Shown here one piece after another: positions 10,627 through 20,957 of a stretch of 64,000 nucleotides of DNA (within the stretch, counting starts at the first letter, position 1; every line of letters begins with the position of its first letter). Both the position numbers and the translations under genes were made by a program. This DNA is from Atribacterota bacterium (lineage in GTDB: Bacteria; Atribacterota; Phoenicimicrobiia; Phoenicimicrobiales; Stramentimicrobiaceae), in assembly GCA_040767965.1 (NCBI GenBank), contig JAXGNR010000004.1, positions 785,335-849,334 on the forward strand. Reading direction: 5' to 3'. The notes below the pieces were generated by a model, which saw only the letters and a program-made list of their open reading frames with translations, searched no databases and was not told the DNA's origin.

Positions 10627-10701
10627 TGGTGGCGCAAGGGGGAATTGAACCCCCGTTTGCTGATTGAGAGCCAGCTGAATTAACCACTATTCGATTGCGC
10701 C
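10627..10701 (-). tRNA. tRNA-Glu (anticodon CTC)
   Basis: GGCGCAA/TTGCGCC acceptor stem, GCTGG-CT-CTC-AA-TCAGC anticodon arm, GGGGG-TTCAATT-CCCCC T arm, encoded CCA. Confidence 0.95.
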
Positions 10702-10854
10702 ATGCTAAACAAATATATTTTACTTTATATATTTATAAAACGCAATTTTTGCGTTTTATTTTCTACAGCTCTTTAGAATGTTCAATGTTTTTTTTATTAA
10801 ACTAATAAGGACAGGGTATCTTTTTAACAGAGACTCTGCCCTTATAATTAAAGG

Positions 10855-10925
10855 CTGAGGGAGGTGGGGTCGAACCACCGCTCCCAGATCCAGAGTCTGG
10901 TGTCCTACCACTAGACGATCCCTCA
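10855..10925 (-). tRNA. tRNA-Gln (anticodon CTG)
   Basis: TGAGGGA/TCCCTCA acceptor stem (U1-A72), CCAGA-CT-CTG-GA-TCTGG anticodon arm, GGTGG-TTCGACC-CCACC T arm; CCA not fully encoded (CCT). Confidence 0.95.
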
Positions 10926-10957
10926 ATATTTATAATGTACATTTACTTAACATTAAT

Positions 10958-10985
10958 ATTTTACAACATATTCTTTATAGGTCAA
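10958..10985 (-). promoter_or_regulatory. Candidate sigma70 promoter for the tRNA pair
   Basis: TTGACC-16 nt-TAAAAT on the minus strand, ~30 nt upstream of tRNA-Gln. Confidence 0.45.
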
Positions 10986-11023
10986 ATTTTTTTTAAGCAT
11001 TTTAAGATATTTTTATCAAAATA

Positions 11024-12493
11024 TTAATTATATATTCCATTTATAGCTTTTTTCAATCGTTCTATATTTGTTTTTTTACCTAAAACTTCCATCAAAGAAA
11101 ACAAACTCGGCCCAATTTTTTTGCCAGATAAAGACGCTCTTGTTGGATGTATAATTTGTTTCCCTTTTAATTTCATCTCTTCAGCCATCTCTCGAACAAC
11201 TTTTTCAATATTTTCTTCTTTCCAATATTCTATTGCATTCAATCTTTTAGATAATTCTTCTAGGATATTTTTAGTTTCATCTGACGCTAGAATTTTTTTA
11301 GCATCATCTTCAAATTTAAAATCATCTGTAAAAAAATAATCACCGTATTCAACAAACTGTCTAAAATTTCTTACCCTGGTTTTCATTAATGACACAACAC
11401 TATTTAACCATTTTAACCTTTTAGAATCAGGATTATTCTCAAATAATTCAGCTTCCTGTAAAAAAGGTATCAGCTTGTCTATATAAATGTCGTTTGATAT
11501 ATTTTTTAAATATTCACCATTAAACCAATTCAATTTTTCCATGTCAAAAATTGCAGCATGTTTAGATATTTTATCTAATGTGAAGTTTTTAACAAGTTCT
11601 CCTATTGAAAAGATCTCTTGATTGGTTCCAGAGGACCACCCTAGATGCGCAATATAATTTACAACAGCTTCAGGCAAAAATCCCATTTTTTGATATTCTA
11701 TAACAGACGTAGCTCCATGTCTTTTGCTCAATCTGGTGTTGTCTGGGCCCATTATCATTGGTATATGAGCAAAATTAGGAATTGGAGCATTTAAGGCCTG
11801 GTATATAACAATTTGTTTGGGGGTATTTGATATATGGTCATCACCACGCATTACCAGCGATATCTCCATATTTATGTCATCTACAACAACCGCAAAATTA
11901 TATGTAGGAATTCCATCAGATTTAATTATGACAAAATCAGTAAATAGACTGGTATCAAACTCCATTTCTCCTTTGATTTTATCTTGAACTTTAATTATTT
12001 CTGCAGGCATTTTCAGTCTGATAACAGGCTTTCTTCCTTCTTTTCGAAAAGCAGACTTCTCTTCCTCGCTTAAATTAAGACATTTTCGATCATATAAGGC
12101 ATTTTTATTTTCTTTAGCTTGCTTATTTCTTCTTTCTTCCAATTCTTCAGGAGTACAATAACAATAATAAGCTTTTCCTTCTATCAAAAGCTGTTCAGTA
12201 TATTTTTGGTAAGTATCAATTCTCTGCATTTGAAAATATGGCCCATATTGACCACCAACTTCAGGTCCTTCATCCCAGTTTAACCCCAGCCATTTCATAC
12301 CATCAAATATAGCTTTAACAGCATCTGTTGTAGATCTGACTCGATCAGTATCTTCTATTCTTAATACAAATGTACCATTATTATGTTTTGCATAAAGCCA
12401 GTTAAACAATGCTGTTCTCGCTCCTCCAATATGCAAATACCCTGTAGGGCTTGGGGCAAATCTAACTCTTATTTCTTTATTTCTGACGATCAT
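11024..12493 (-). CDS. gltX: Glutamate--tRNA ligase
   Basis: RFAPSPTGYLHIGG (HIGH), LRIEDTD and LSKRHG (KMSKS-like) motifs. Confidence 0.98.
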   Translation of the reverse strand: MIVRNKEIRVRFAPSPTGYLHIGGARTALFNWLYAKHNNGTFVLRIEDTDRVRSTTDAVKAIFDGMKWLGLNWDEGPEVGGQYGPYFQMQRIDTYQKYTEQLLIEGKAYYCYCTPEELEERRNKQAKENKNALYDRKCLNLSEEEKSAFRKEGRKPVIRLKMPAEIIKVQDKIKGEMEFDTSLFTDFVIIKSDGIPTYNFAVVVDDINMEISLVMRGDDHISNTPKQIVIYQALNAPIPNFAHIPMIMGPDNTRLSKRHGATSVIEYQKMGFLPEAVVNYIAHLGWSSGTNQEIFSIGELVKNFTLDKISKHAAIFDMEKLNWFNGEYLKNISNDIYIDKLIPFLQEAELFENNPDSKRLKWLNSVVSLMKTRVRNFRQFVEYGDYFFTDDFKFEDDAKKILASDETKNILEELSKRLNAIEYWKEENIEKVVREMAEEMKLKGKQIIHPTRASLSGKKIGPSLFSLMEVLGKKTNIERLKKAINGIYN

Positions 12494-12550
12494 ATTTCCT
12501 CCAAAGTAGACTGTTTCATGTTAAAATTTCAATTTGATTTCATATTATAT

Positions 12551-13489
12551 TTATTTTACTAATTGTGTTAATTTTACTACTTCAATATTTTTTGAATAAA
12601 GCAGAGGGGTTACCTCTTCTAAAATATCTACTGTATTACAATATGGATGTCCAATCGCTATGGCAGATCCATATTTTAAAGCTAAATCTATCAGTATTTC
12701 AAATTGTTTTCTTATGTAATCTAATTCCTGATTATTATCAAGAAATACTGAACGAAAAGCAGTTTCAACACCCATTTCTTTACCTAAAGCATACCCAATA
12801 GAATTGGGGCTGGTCATGCTGTCTACAAAAAACAAATTTTGATTTTTTATTTCTTGTAAAATAACTTTCATTACCTTTTCATTTTCAGTAACTTTTGATC
12901 CCATGTGATTATTCACTCCATCAACACCAGGCAAGTTATTCAAGTTTGCTAATAGTTTATTTTTTATTTCTTCTTCAGTCATGTTTGAATAAATAGCGCC
13001 TTTCCCAGGGTTAATATTAGAATCATGCGGCTCCATTGGTAAATGCATCAATATTGTTATATTATTTTCTTTCGCCATTTTAAAAACAACCTGTGAGTAA
13101 GGTAAATATGGTAAAATAGAAAAAGCAACCGGGTAATCCAGGCTTAACAATCTTTCAGCTATTTCTACTTGATACCCCAGGTCATCTATTATAATAGCAA
13201 TTTTTGGTTTATCTGTTTTTACTTCTTTTTTTTCTTGTAAAAATCTTTCAATTAAAAGCTCTTCTTCTTTCTGATTAAAAATTTCATAAGGAAACTTTAT
13301 CGGGATACTCTCAATGTTTCTTTCTTCAATTATTTGCTCCCGACTATTTATGGTTTGTTTGTTTTCAAAATCAACACTATTATGTTCTTTTATCCCATTT
13401 CCATCCAGGTGCAAAAAGATACCAAGTAACAATAGTAATATTATTGATAATAGGATTGAAAACGTGTAATTCCAAAGTTTTTTTTCCAT
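12551..13489 (-). CDS. Divergent polysaccharide deacetylase family protein (YibQ-like)
   Basis: IAIIIDDLG, HLPMEP, GVNNHMGS, FVDS.T, VFLDN and AIAIGHP motifs. Confidence 0.93.
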   Translation of the reverse strand: MEKKLWNYTFSILLSIILLLLLGIFLHLDGNGIKEHNSVDFENKQTINSREQIIEERNIESIPIKFPYEIFNQKEEELLIERFLQEKKEVKTDKPKIAIIIDDLGYQVEIAERLLSLDYPVAFSILPYLPYSQVVFKMAKENNITILMHLPMEPHDSNINPGKGAIYSNMTEEEIKNKLLANLNNLPGVDGVNNHMGSKVTENEKVMKVILQEIKNQNLFFVDSMTSPNSIGYALGKEMGVETAFRSVFLDNNQELDYIRKQFEILIDLALKYGSAIAIGHPYCNTVDILEEVTPLLYSKNIEVVKLTQLVK

Positions 13490-13509
13490 TTTATCTTATT
13501 TTATAACTA

Positions 13510-14682
13510 TTATTTTGTAGTTACATTCCCTTTCAGTAGATAGTCAATAGCTGCTTCCAACTGATAGTCATCATTATCATCATTTTGGCTTACTAATATG
13601 TTTGGTTCTATACCTATATTATTAATAACCCGACCAGAAGGAGTGTAATATTCTGAAGTAGATACCATTACTGCTGAATCGTCAGCCAGGGTATATACTT
13701 GCTGAACCAATCCTTTCCCAAAAGTATTTTCCCCTAAAACAATACCCCTTCCCGAATCCTGAATAGCCCCGGCTACTATTTCAGAAGCACTGGCACTTCC
13801 AATATTTACCAGGACAATTACTGGCCATTGAGGATTATCATTGCCATAAGAATTATAAATTTTTATTATATTATTTCTCCCTTTTATTCTCACTATCTCA
13901 CCTTCATCAATAAACTGGCTCGCAACATCAATTGCTGAATCTAAAAGTCCTCCGGGATTATTCCTTAGATCAACTATAATTCCACTTAAAGAGGAATTTT
14001 TGTAGGAGTTCAATACCTGTTTTAATTCAGGACCAGTGTTAGCATTAAATGTTGATATTCTTATGTAAGCAATTCTCTCATCTTCAATAACCTTTTCCTT
14101 AACTGCTTCTACCATTATTGTATCCCTTATAATTTCTACTTCAAATAATTCATCAAATTTTTCTCTTTGTATAGTCAAAGTAACCAGGGTGCCTTTTTCT
14201 CCACGTAAAATATTAACCGCATCATCTAAGCTCATTGACTTGGTTGGTTCGCCATCTATCTGCATTATATTGTCACCTGCTTTTATTCCTGCCTGGTAGG
14301 CAGGGGTATCTTCAATAGGAGAAATGACAGTCAATTGATTGTCAACAATAGTAACTATTATTCCTAATCCGTCAAAATGTCCCATGAATAGATTTTCTCT
14401 TTCCCTTTGAAAGCTGATTGGGTCCAGGTATCTAGAATATGGATCATCTAATTCCAGCAACATTCCTTTAATTGCACCCTGAACTAATTGCTCTATATTA
14501 ATATTTTTTTCTATATATTCACTTCTTACAATGCTGATAGCCTCAAAAAATGGCTCCAGATCATTAAAAATGCTGTCAGTTTGACTGGAAACTTTGTTAT
14601 CATTAAACGGGTTGAGAATGATAACACCAATTATAAGAAAAAACAATACTGATAATATTAAATATTTTTGTTTATTTTTCAT
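13510..14682 (-). CDS. S41 family C-terminal processing peptidase (CtpA-like)
   Basis: PDZ domain, DLRNNPGG, SASASEI and TFGKGLVQ motifs. Confidence 0.95.
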   Translation of the reverse strand: MKNKQKYLILSVLFFLIIGVIILNPFNDNKVSSQTDSIFNDLEPFFEAISIVRSEYIEKNINIEQLVQGAIKGMLLELDDPYSRYLDPISFQRERENLFMGHFDGLGIIVTIVDNQLTVISPIEDTPAYQAGIKAGDNIMQIDGEPTKSMSLDDAVNILRGEKGTLVTLTIQREKFDELFEVEIIRDTIMVEAVKEKVIEDERIAYIRISTFNANTGPELKQVLNSYKNSSLSGIIVDLRNNPGGLLDSAIDVASQFIDEGEIVRIKGRNNIIKIYNSYGNDNPQWPVIVLVNIGSASASEIVAGAIQDSGRGIVLGENTFGKGLVQQVYTLADDSAVMVSTSEYYTPSGRVINNIGIEPNILVSQNDDNDDYQLEAAIDYLLKGNVTTK

Positions 14683-14729
14683 ACTAACACCTATTTTATT
14701 CCTCTATATTTTTTAACATTAAAAAGTTT

Positions 14730-15947
14730 TTACAACCATTCAAAAGGATCAACAGGCTTACCTTCTACTCTTATTTCAAAATGTAATCTTGGAGAAGGAA
14801 CTCCACCACTTTTGCCTACCTGCCCTATAATTTGTCCTTTTGAAACCTGATCATTTAATTTAACTATAATTTTTGATAAATGGGCATATAACGTAACTAC
14901 ATTGCCTCCATGATCAACTATAATAATATCACCATAGCCTTTAACATTTCCAGTATAAATAACTATGCCAAACGAAGCTGCTTTGACTGGATCACCTAAA
15001 GAAGCATTTATATCTATACCGGAATTAAATACAAAAGCATTTAAATCTGCTTGCTTTTGTTCACCATAGTTGGCCAATATTGTACCTTTTACAGGCAATT
15101 CAAAAATACCTTTTTTAGCTTGTAATGCTGGATCTTTCTTTACAGGAGAATCAACTGCAGATTTTTTTTGTTCCTCAATTTGCCTTATTTTTTCTTTTTC
15201 CTTATAAGCAGTTTCAATAATATTTTTAATTTGAGCTGAAGATTTTTCTAATTCTTCAAGAATAGACAACTGTTTTTTTTGCTCTTGCTCAATTTTAATA
15301 ATATATTTATTTTTTGCATCTAAAGACATTTGAATATTTTCTTTTTCTTTTGAAATTTCCTTTTCCAACATTGTTATTATATCTTTTTTATTTTGCAAAC
15401 TTTCCTTTTGTTTTCTCACAAACTCTACTTGTTCATCAACTTGCTTTATAATATCAAAGTCATTCTCCAAAATGCATTCCAAATAGCGATATCTGTTTAA
15501 AAACTGTGCAAAATCTTTACTTTCAAATAAAACAGAAAGATAAGATGCACTGCTGTGTTTATAAAATTTATTCAACCTGTTTTTTAATATTATTAATTGT
15601 AAATCAAGTTTATTTTGTTCTATTTCCAATTCTTCTTCCAATTTTTCTATTTCTTTAATGGTGTTACTATAACTTTTTTGGGCTTCCTTTAATTCTCTTT
15701 CGGCATCATTGTAAAGTTTTTCTATTTGTTCTAAAGAATTATTATAATCAATTTTCTCCTGTTTTAATTTGTCTATCTCTGCCTGGATGCTCATTTTTCT
15801 TTTTTCAACTTCTTTTAATCTTTCCTCTTGCTGTAAAATGTTAACTTCCTGAGACTCTGCTATCATCTCAATTTGTAATATAATTCCAAAAAAGAATATA
15901 AAAAATATAATTAAAAAGCTATTTATTTTATTTTTTTTAATTATCAT
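14730..15947 (-). CDS. EnvC-like coiled-coil/M23 murein hydrolase activator
   Basis: Signal/TM, long coiled coil, C-terminal M23 domain (TLYAHL, LHFEIR); downstream of ftsEX. Confidence 0.88.
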   Translation of the reverse strand: MIIKKNKINSFLIIFFIFFFGIILQIEMIAESQEVNILQQEERLKEVEKRKMSIQAEIDKLKQEKIDYNNSLEQIEKLYNDAERELKEAQKSYSNTIKEIEKLEEELEIEQNKLDLQLIILKNRLNKFYKHSSASYLSVLFESKDFAQFLNRYRYLECILENDFDIIKQVDEQVEFVRKQKESLQNKKDIITMLEKEISKEKENIQMSLDAKNKYIIKIEQEQKKQLSILEELEKSSAQIKNIIETAYKEKEKIRQIEEQKKSAVDSPVKKDPALQAKKGIFELPVKGTILANYGEQKQADLNAFVFNSGIDINASLGDPVKAASFGIVIYTGNVKGYGDIIIVDHGGNVVTLYAHLSKIIVKLNDQVSKGQIIGQVGKSGGVPSPRLHFEIRVEGKPVDPFEWL

Positions 15948-16831
15948 ATTTCTTCAAACCTTATTTTTCTTAAAGAAATCATGCTGCCCAGTATACCAAT
16001 TGTGGTCCCTAGTAATAGTAATATTAAAGAAACTTTGAATATTAAACTTTCGTTTATTGCAAAAGTAAGTATAGGTAGCAGCTCAAACATTTTACTCAAA
16101 TAATAAGAATAAAATCTAAATAAAACAGCAGTTGCCATTAAAGAAGACAGAAGTCCTTTTAAAAACCCTTCGATTATAAAAGGCCAACGAATAAACCAGC
16201 TTGTTGCTCCAACCAAAGCCATTATTTCTATTTCTTTGTTTCGAGAATGGACGCTAATTTTAATCACGCTAACCATAATCAAAATTGCTGTGAATATTGA
16301 AACTATAATTATTATTAATCCAGTATTTCTGATAAAGTCAAAAACAAGAGTTAAGTTTTTTGTTAATTGACCACCATAATCCACTTCTTCTATTTCTTCA
16401 TATTGTTGTAGCTGAAAAGCTATTTCTTCTAAGAAAGAAGAATTATCTACTGAGATTTCTATGGAAGAAGGAAGAGGATTTTCCAGAATTCCGGCTAGGA
16501 TTTCTTTATGCTCAGATAAATCATCTTTTAGTAATTTAAATGCTTCTTCTTTAGAAACATATTTAACATCCTTTATTCCCTGTAATTCTAAAAGATTTTC
16601 AGATAAAACAGTTGCTTTTTCTTCAGAGACACCATCTTTTAAATAAGCAACTGCTATTAACTGTGATTCAATAGTCTCCAAAAATAAGTTTAAATTTAAA
16701 AATATGAGCAATAGTACACCAACAATAATCAATGTTGCAGACAAACTAACAATAGTTGCCAAACTCATAATTCCATTTTTTTTTGTACTAAAAAAAGCTT
16801 CTTTAATAAAAAATAGAATATTCCTTAGCAT
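15944..16831 (-). CDS. ftsX: Cell division permease FtsX
   Basis: YVSKEEA, ENPLPSS and EIEIMALVGAT.WFIRWPFIIEG motifs. Confidence 0.95.
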   Translation of the reverse strand: MLRNILFFIKEAFFSTKKNGIMSLATIVSLSATLIIVGVLLLIFLNLNLFLETIESQLIAVAYLKDGVSEEKATVLSENLLELQGIKDVKYVSKEEAFKLLKDDLSEHKEILAGILENPLPSSIEISVDNSSFLEEIAFQLQQYEEIEEVDYGGQLTKNLTLVFDFIRNTGLIIIIVSIFTAILIMVSVIKISVHSRNKEIEIMALVGATSWFIRWPFIIEGFLKGLLSSLMATAVLFRFYSYYLSKMFELLPILTFAINESLIFKVSLILLLLGTTIGILGSMISLRKIRFEEI

Positions 16832-17511
16832 TATTTTGGATATATCCCCTTCTGAGTATCTGATGTCACTTTTCCTTGTTCTATCCTAATAACTCTTTTT
16901 TGTGCCTGGTCAACCATCAATTTATCATGAGATGCCACAATTACCGTGGTTCCCCATATATTTATTTTAAGCAACAATTGTAAAATATCCCATGATGTTT
17001 CCGGGTCAAGGTTTCCAGTAGGTTCATCTGTAATTAAAATTAAAGGATGGATTACAACTGCCCTTGCAATGCATAACTTTTGCTGCTCTCCTCCTGAAAG
17101 GAAATGGGGATTAGTGTTTTTTTTATGTGTAAGACCTATTATATCTAAAATATTATTCACTTCTCTTTTAATCACAGAATTTTTCGCACCTACCACTCTT
17201 AAACTAAAAGCAACATTTTCAAAAACATTCCTATCGAATAAAAGCTTAAAATCTTGAAAAACTACACCAATTTCCCTTCTTAAATAAGGAACTAAAGATG
17301 TTTTAAGTCTGGCAAGGTTTACTCCATCAATAATAACCTGACCCTTTGTTGGCAATATTCCACGGTAAATTAATTTTAAAAAAGTTGTTTTTCCAGCACC
17401 AGTTGGCCCTACTAAAAAAACAAATTCTCCTTTTTTTATATGAATATTCACATCACATAGAGCATGAACTTTATTCGGAAATGTTTTAAAAACATGAAAC
17501 ATTCGTATCAA
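16831..17511 (-). CDS. ftsE: Cell division ATP-binding protein FtsE
   Basis: GPTGAGKTT, VVFQDFKLL, LSGGEQQ and DEPTGNLD motifs; adjacent to ftsX. Confidence 0.96.
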   Translation of the reverse strand: MIRMFHVFKTFPNKVHALCDVNIHIKKGEFVFLVGPTGAGKTTFLKLIYRGILPTKGQVIIDGVNLARLKTSLVPYLRREIGVVFQDFKLLFDRNVFENVAFSLRVVGAKNSVIKREVNNILDIIGLTHKKNTNPHFLSGGEQQKLCIARAVVIHPLILITDEPTGNLDPETSWDILQLLLKINIWGTTVIVASHDKLMVDQAQKRVIRIEQGKVTSDTQKGIYPK

Positions 17512-17515
17512 TTTT

Positions 17516-18670
17516 TTAATTCCTTCCTAAAACATTTTCGTCAATAAACTTGTTAAATAAATAAGTATTTAAGCTGGCTTTTTGCTCAAATTGAATTCTT
17601 TTTTCCTTTAATCGAGATTTAATCATTTTCTCATTTATATCTATATATTTTAACTTATCCTCAATATTTTTTACAGTTAATTGATTCAGATTTATTAACA
17701 ATTCGTTAAGAGATAAAGAATTTACATAATCTTTTACTTTAGAATTATACTCAATTGCAATGAAAGGTATTTCGTTTATTGTGGCAAATATAATTGAGTG
17801 AAGTCTCATTCCAATAATTAAAGTAAATTCGGAAATAAGGGACAATATTTCTTTAGGGTTTAGTTTTTCATCAATTATCCTGGCTGATGTAAATTTCATT
17901 TTGTTTTTAATATCCTTGATAATTGCTATATCTGCATCTGATTGGAAAGGAATAAAAAACAATGTAGATTTATGTTTTTCTATTAAATAATCTGCTATTT
18001 TAGCTAATTGTGTTATTTTTTTTTCATAATCTTTTGCTATATCATTGCAATTTCTTATTACTATTCCTATTTTTAAATTGTTATTATCAATAAAGGATAA
18101 TTTGTCCATTTCGTACTTTTTTTTAATAGTGTTAGGAATATTTGCTTTTTTTAATAAAAAGGCTATATCTGCATTGACTATGATATTTTTATTCAGAACA
18201 TTCATTTTTTCCAAAAATACTTTTGATTCATCATCTCTAACTATAATTAAATTTACATTTTTAAAAGCATTTTTTACAAGCAATTGATTGAATTTATTTT
18301 TAATAGGCCCAATACTCTGACCATAGACAATAGCAGGGACTTTAAATAATCCAGCCAAAAATATAAGACCGGCATAGTACAGTACACTAAATCCCTTACC
18401 TGTAACATCCTGTAACAGTCCTCCTCCTCCACTGATAATAACACTTGTCTGTTTTAGTTTATTAATTATTGATAAAAGATCTGTTCTTAATATAGAATCA
18501 ACCTGATATAAGTCTTTTGTTTTTTCAGGTTGATTTGAAAGAACTGTTATTTTTTCTTTAGGAATATATTTTGAAAATTCTTGGATCATTACCATCAAAA
18601 TGGCTTCATCCCCACAATTATCAAATCCATAATATCCTGAAATCATAATTGACTTATTTTTGTTAATCAA
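17516..18670 (-). CDS. csaB: Polysaccharide pyruvyl transferase CsaB
   Basis: SGYYGFDNCGDEAIL, SGGGGLLQD, GQSIGP, VRD..S and GMRLHS motifs. Confidence 0.9.
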   Translation of the reverse strand: MINKNKSIMISGYYGFDNCGDEAILMVMIQEFSKYIPKEKITVLSNQPEKTKDLYQVDSILRTDLLSIINKLKQTSVIISGGGGLLQDVTGKGFSVLYYAGLIFLAGLFKVPAIVYGQSIGPIKNKFNQLLVKNAFKNVNLIIVRDDESKVFLEKMNVLNKNIIVNADIAFLLKKANIPNTIKKKYEMDKLSFIDNNNLKIGIVIRNCNDIAKDYEKKITQLAKIADYLIEKHKSTLFFIPFQSDADIAIIKDIKNKMKFTSARIIDEKLNPKEILSLISEFTLIIGMRLHSIIFATINEIPFIAIEYNSKVKDYVNSLSLNELLINLNQLTVKNIEDKLKYIDINEKMIKSRLKEKRIQFEQKASLNTYLFNKFIDENVLGRN

Positions 18671-20640
18671 TTTTTAAATACTCTTTTCCTGTATCGATCA
18701 TATGCAATAAAAAATATAAATCCTAAAAGAATGCTAATAATAATCCCTAACCAAAATCCATTAAAGGTTCTTAGCAGTGAAAAATAAAAAGGTGTGTGAA
18801 CATGGCAAAAGGTATTTATAATTGTAACTGGAGCAACTGTGCCCATTATAATAAATAATATTTTTGTATATTGAAAGTTAAAATAATTCATTGCAATTGC
18901 TATCGAGATCAAGGGGTATCCGATTAAAAATTCTTTATTTCTTGGCCTTGCTATTAAAGTGTTTTCAAGAAAAAGCCTCATTTTCTCTTCAATGACAGGG
19001 ACAGGTAAAAATGAAAAATTACCTGAACGTGCAATATAAATCACACCAAATATCAAAAGAATAGCTGCTAAAAATGCGTGTTCAAACAGTATCGGCTTTT
19101 TAAAGTCATCAAAAACATCTTTTTTGCCAATTTTACTTACCCACCAAAAATAAAAAGCAACCAACGCTAATGGTAAAATATAAGCAATCTTAACCCCGCT
19201 GAACAATTGAATCGCTAACATGAATTTGTAATCAGTTAGCAGTGCCCCGCTAATAATTCCACCTATCAAAGATATTAGCATAATACCGGAAATTCCAAAC
19301 AAAATATTTTTTATCAACTCCATTAAATTATTTTTTTTGTTAATAGAGTAGTTTATTAAATATTTCTTGTTTTTTATAATTGCTAAAACAGGAAATACTA
19401 CAGCACTTATCAATGAAAGTATTTTTATTAAAAATATTTCTCCCATTACTTTTTTTGTTAAAATAAAAAATAGTAAGCTTACTATAAATAAGAAAATTGA
19501 GTATTTCTTAAAAATATCAAAGAAGTCAATGAGCAGCAATAAACCTGCAGAAATAATTCCTAGCCCTATTAAAATAATTAAATTATTTGATGTCTGATAG
19601 CTGGGGAGCAAGCTAGCCTGGCCAATAGTATACTTTTTTTGAATAAGATTACTAGTTATACTTTCAATATAATCCAAATTATATTGTATTAAATTATCTG
19701 TTCTTGTTTTTAAAAAAGGATTTAGGTAAAAAATTCTAATATTTCTCTCTTGCGCTGCTCTAATCCACCTGTCAACAGCTATGCCAGGTGATATTTTTTC
19801 CATCTCTTCACTTGTAATACTATGCACCCTAACAGATAACTGACCAATATTATCAGCTATATTTTGAATACCTTTTTGAGAGGTGAATTCAATTATTCCA
19901 AAGGGCATATTTTTATTTTGCATAAATTGACTTGTTTCAAGAATCATTCTTTCTGATGGATATCCAAGAACTTCCTCTTCATCAAAGATTATTGCAGATA
20001 TATTTTCTAACTTTTCTATATATGATAACTTATGTTGTAGTATTTCTGAATTTATTTTTGCAGGATTTTTTGGTCTTAATATAACATTGTAATCTAATTC
20101 TTGTATTTTTTTAATATCTTCATTAGAAAAATTCAAGCCCATTTTTATTATATCTTCATTACCGGAAACCAAAAGACAGTAATCTTCATTGCTAAATACA
20201 TTCTTTTGTAATAATACATTGCTTGAATTTTGTCGAAAAACATCCTCAATCCTTTTTATTAAAAAATAATCTCGTGATACAATCATCCATTGTCCAGCAG
20301 TGATCTGCTTTTCATTAAAAAAATGCAAATCATGGATTAGGTTAATTTCTATTAAATCTTTTGCAGCTAAAAATGCTATTCTGCCTTGCGCCAATAGACT
20401 CTCTATAGTGTCTTCATGGATTGCAATACTGGTAATTCCTTTTGATTTAAATTGTGTAAGCAGCTCATTTTCATTGTAATTCTCTTTAAGAGACAATTCT
20501 CTAACTTTATTCAAACTAATAACCAGTTCGATTTGTTTAAAATTTTTTTCCAGATTTATTCGCTGAACACTAATTATTAAGGATACTATTATGGAAATCA
20601 ATATAAAAAATATGAATATATATTTATAATTAAATTTCAC
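18667..20640 (-). CDS. DUF5693-like integral membrane protein (csaB-associated)
   Basis: RAAQERNIR, FSGVK, RPRNKEFLIGYP and NTFCHVHTP motifs; multi-TM C-terminal half. Confidence 0.8.
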   Translation of the reverse strand: MKFNYKYIFIFFILISIIVSLIISVQRINLEKNFKQIELVISLNKVRELSLKENYNENELLTQFKSKGITSIAIHEDTIESLLAQGRIAFLAAKDLIEINLIHDLHFFNEKQITAGQWMIVSRDYFLIKRIEDVFRQNSSNVLLQKNVFSNEDYCLLVSGNEDIIKMGLNFSNEDIKKIQELDYNVILRPKNPAKINSEILQHKLSYIEKLENISAIIFDEEEVLGYPSERMILETSQFMQNKNMPFGIIEFTSQKGIQNIADNIGQLSVRVHSITSEEMEKISPGIAVDRWIRAAQERNIRIFYLNPFLKTRTDNLIQYNLDYIESITSNLIQKKYTIGQASLLPSYQTSNNLIILIGLGIISAGLLLLIDFFDIFKKYSIFLFIVSLLFFILTKKVMGEIFLIKILSLISAVVFPVLAIIKNKKYLINYSINKKNNLMELIKNILFGISGIMLISLIGGIISGALLTDYKFMLAIQLFSGVKIAYILPLALVAFYFWWVSKIGKKDVFDDFKKPILFEHAFLAAILLIFGVIYIARSGNFSFLPVPVIEEKMRLFLENTLIARPRNKEFLIGYPLISIAIAMNYFNFQYTKILFIIMGTVAPVTIINTFCHVHTPFYFSLLRTFNGFWLGIIISILLGFIFFIAYDRYRKRVFKN

Positions 20641-20957
20641 TACCCTGCTACCTCTTTTGTTTTTAAAAAATCAAATATTTTAATACACAATATTTATTTG
20701 TAAAAAAAACACCCTTCTAATATACCATAAAGGGGCATTCTAAAAAATATTTTTAATATAATTTTTCTAATAGATTTCTTCCACAAAAATAAATATGTTT
20801 TTTACGATTTTTGCAATAAAATGCTTTTTACTAAAACCAATAATAACATTTAGAAAATTAATAATTTATTTATTCTAATAATAATTGAACATTCTCATCG
20901 TCTTTATATTTAAAATAACCTTATCTGAAAATTATAAAAAATATTTTTTTAATAATA

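Noticed and set aside
20641-20957. Possible ncRNA or small ORF in AT-rich intergenic regions (also 28125-28346 and 56378-56590)
   Set aside because: Extremely AT-rich, with no convincing stem, SD-led ORF or repeat found
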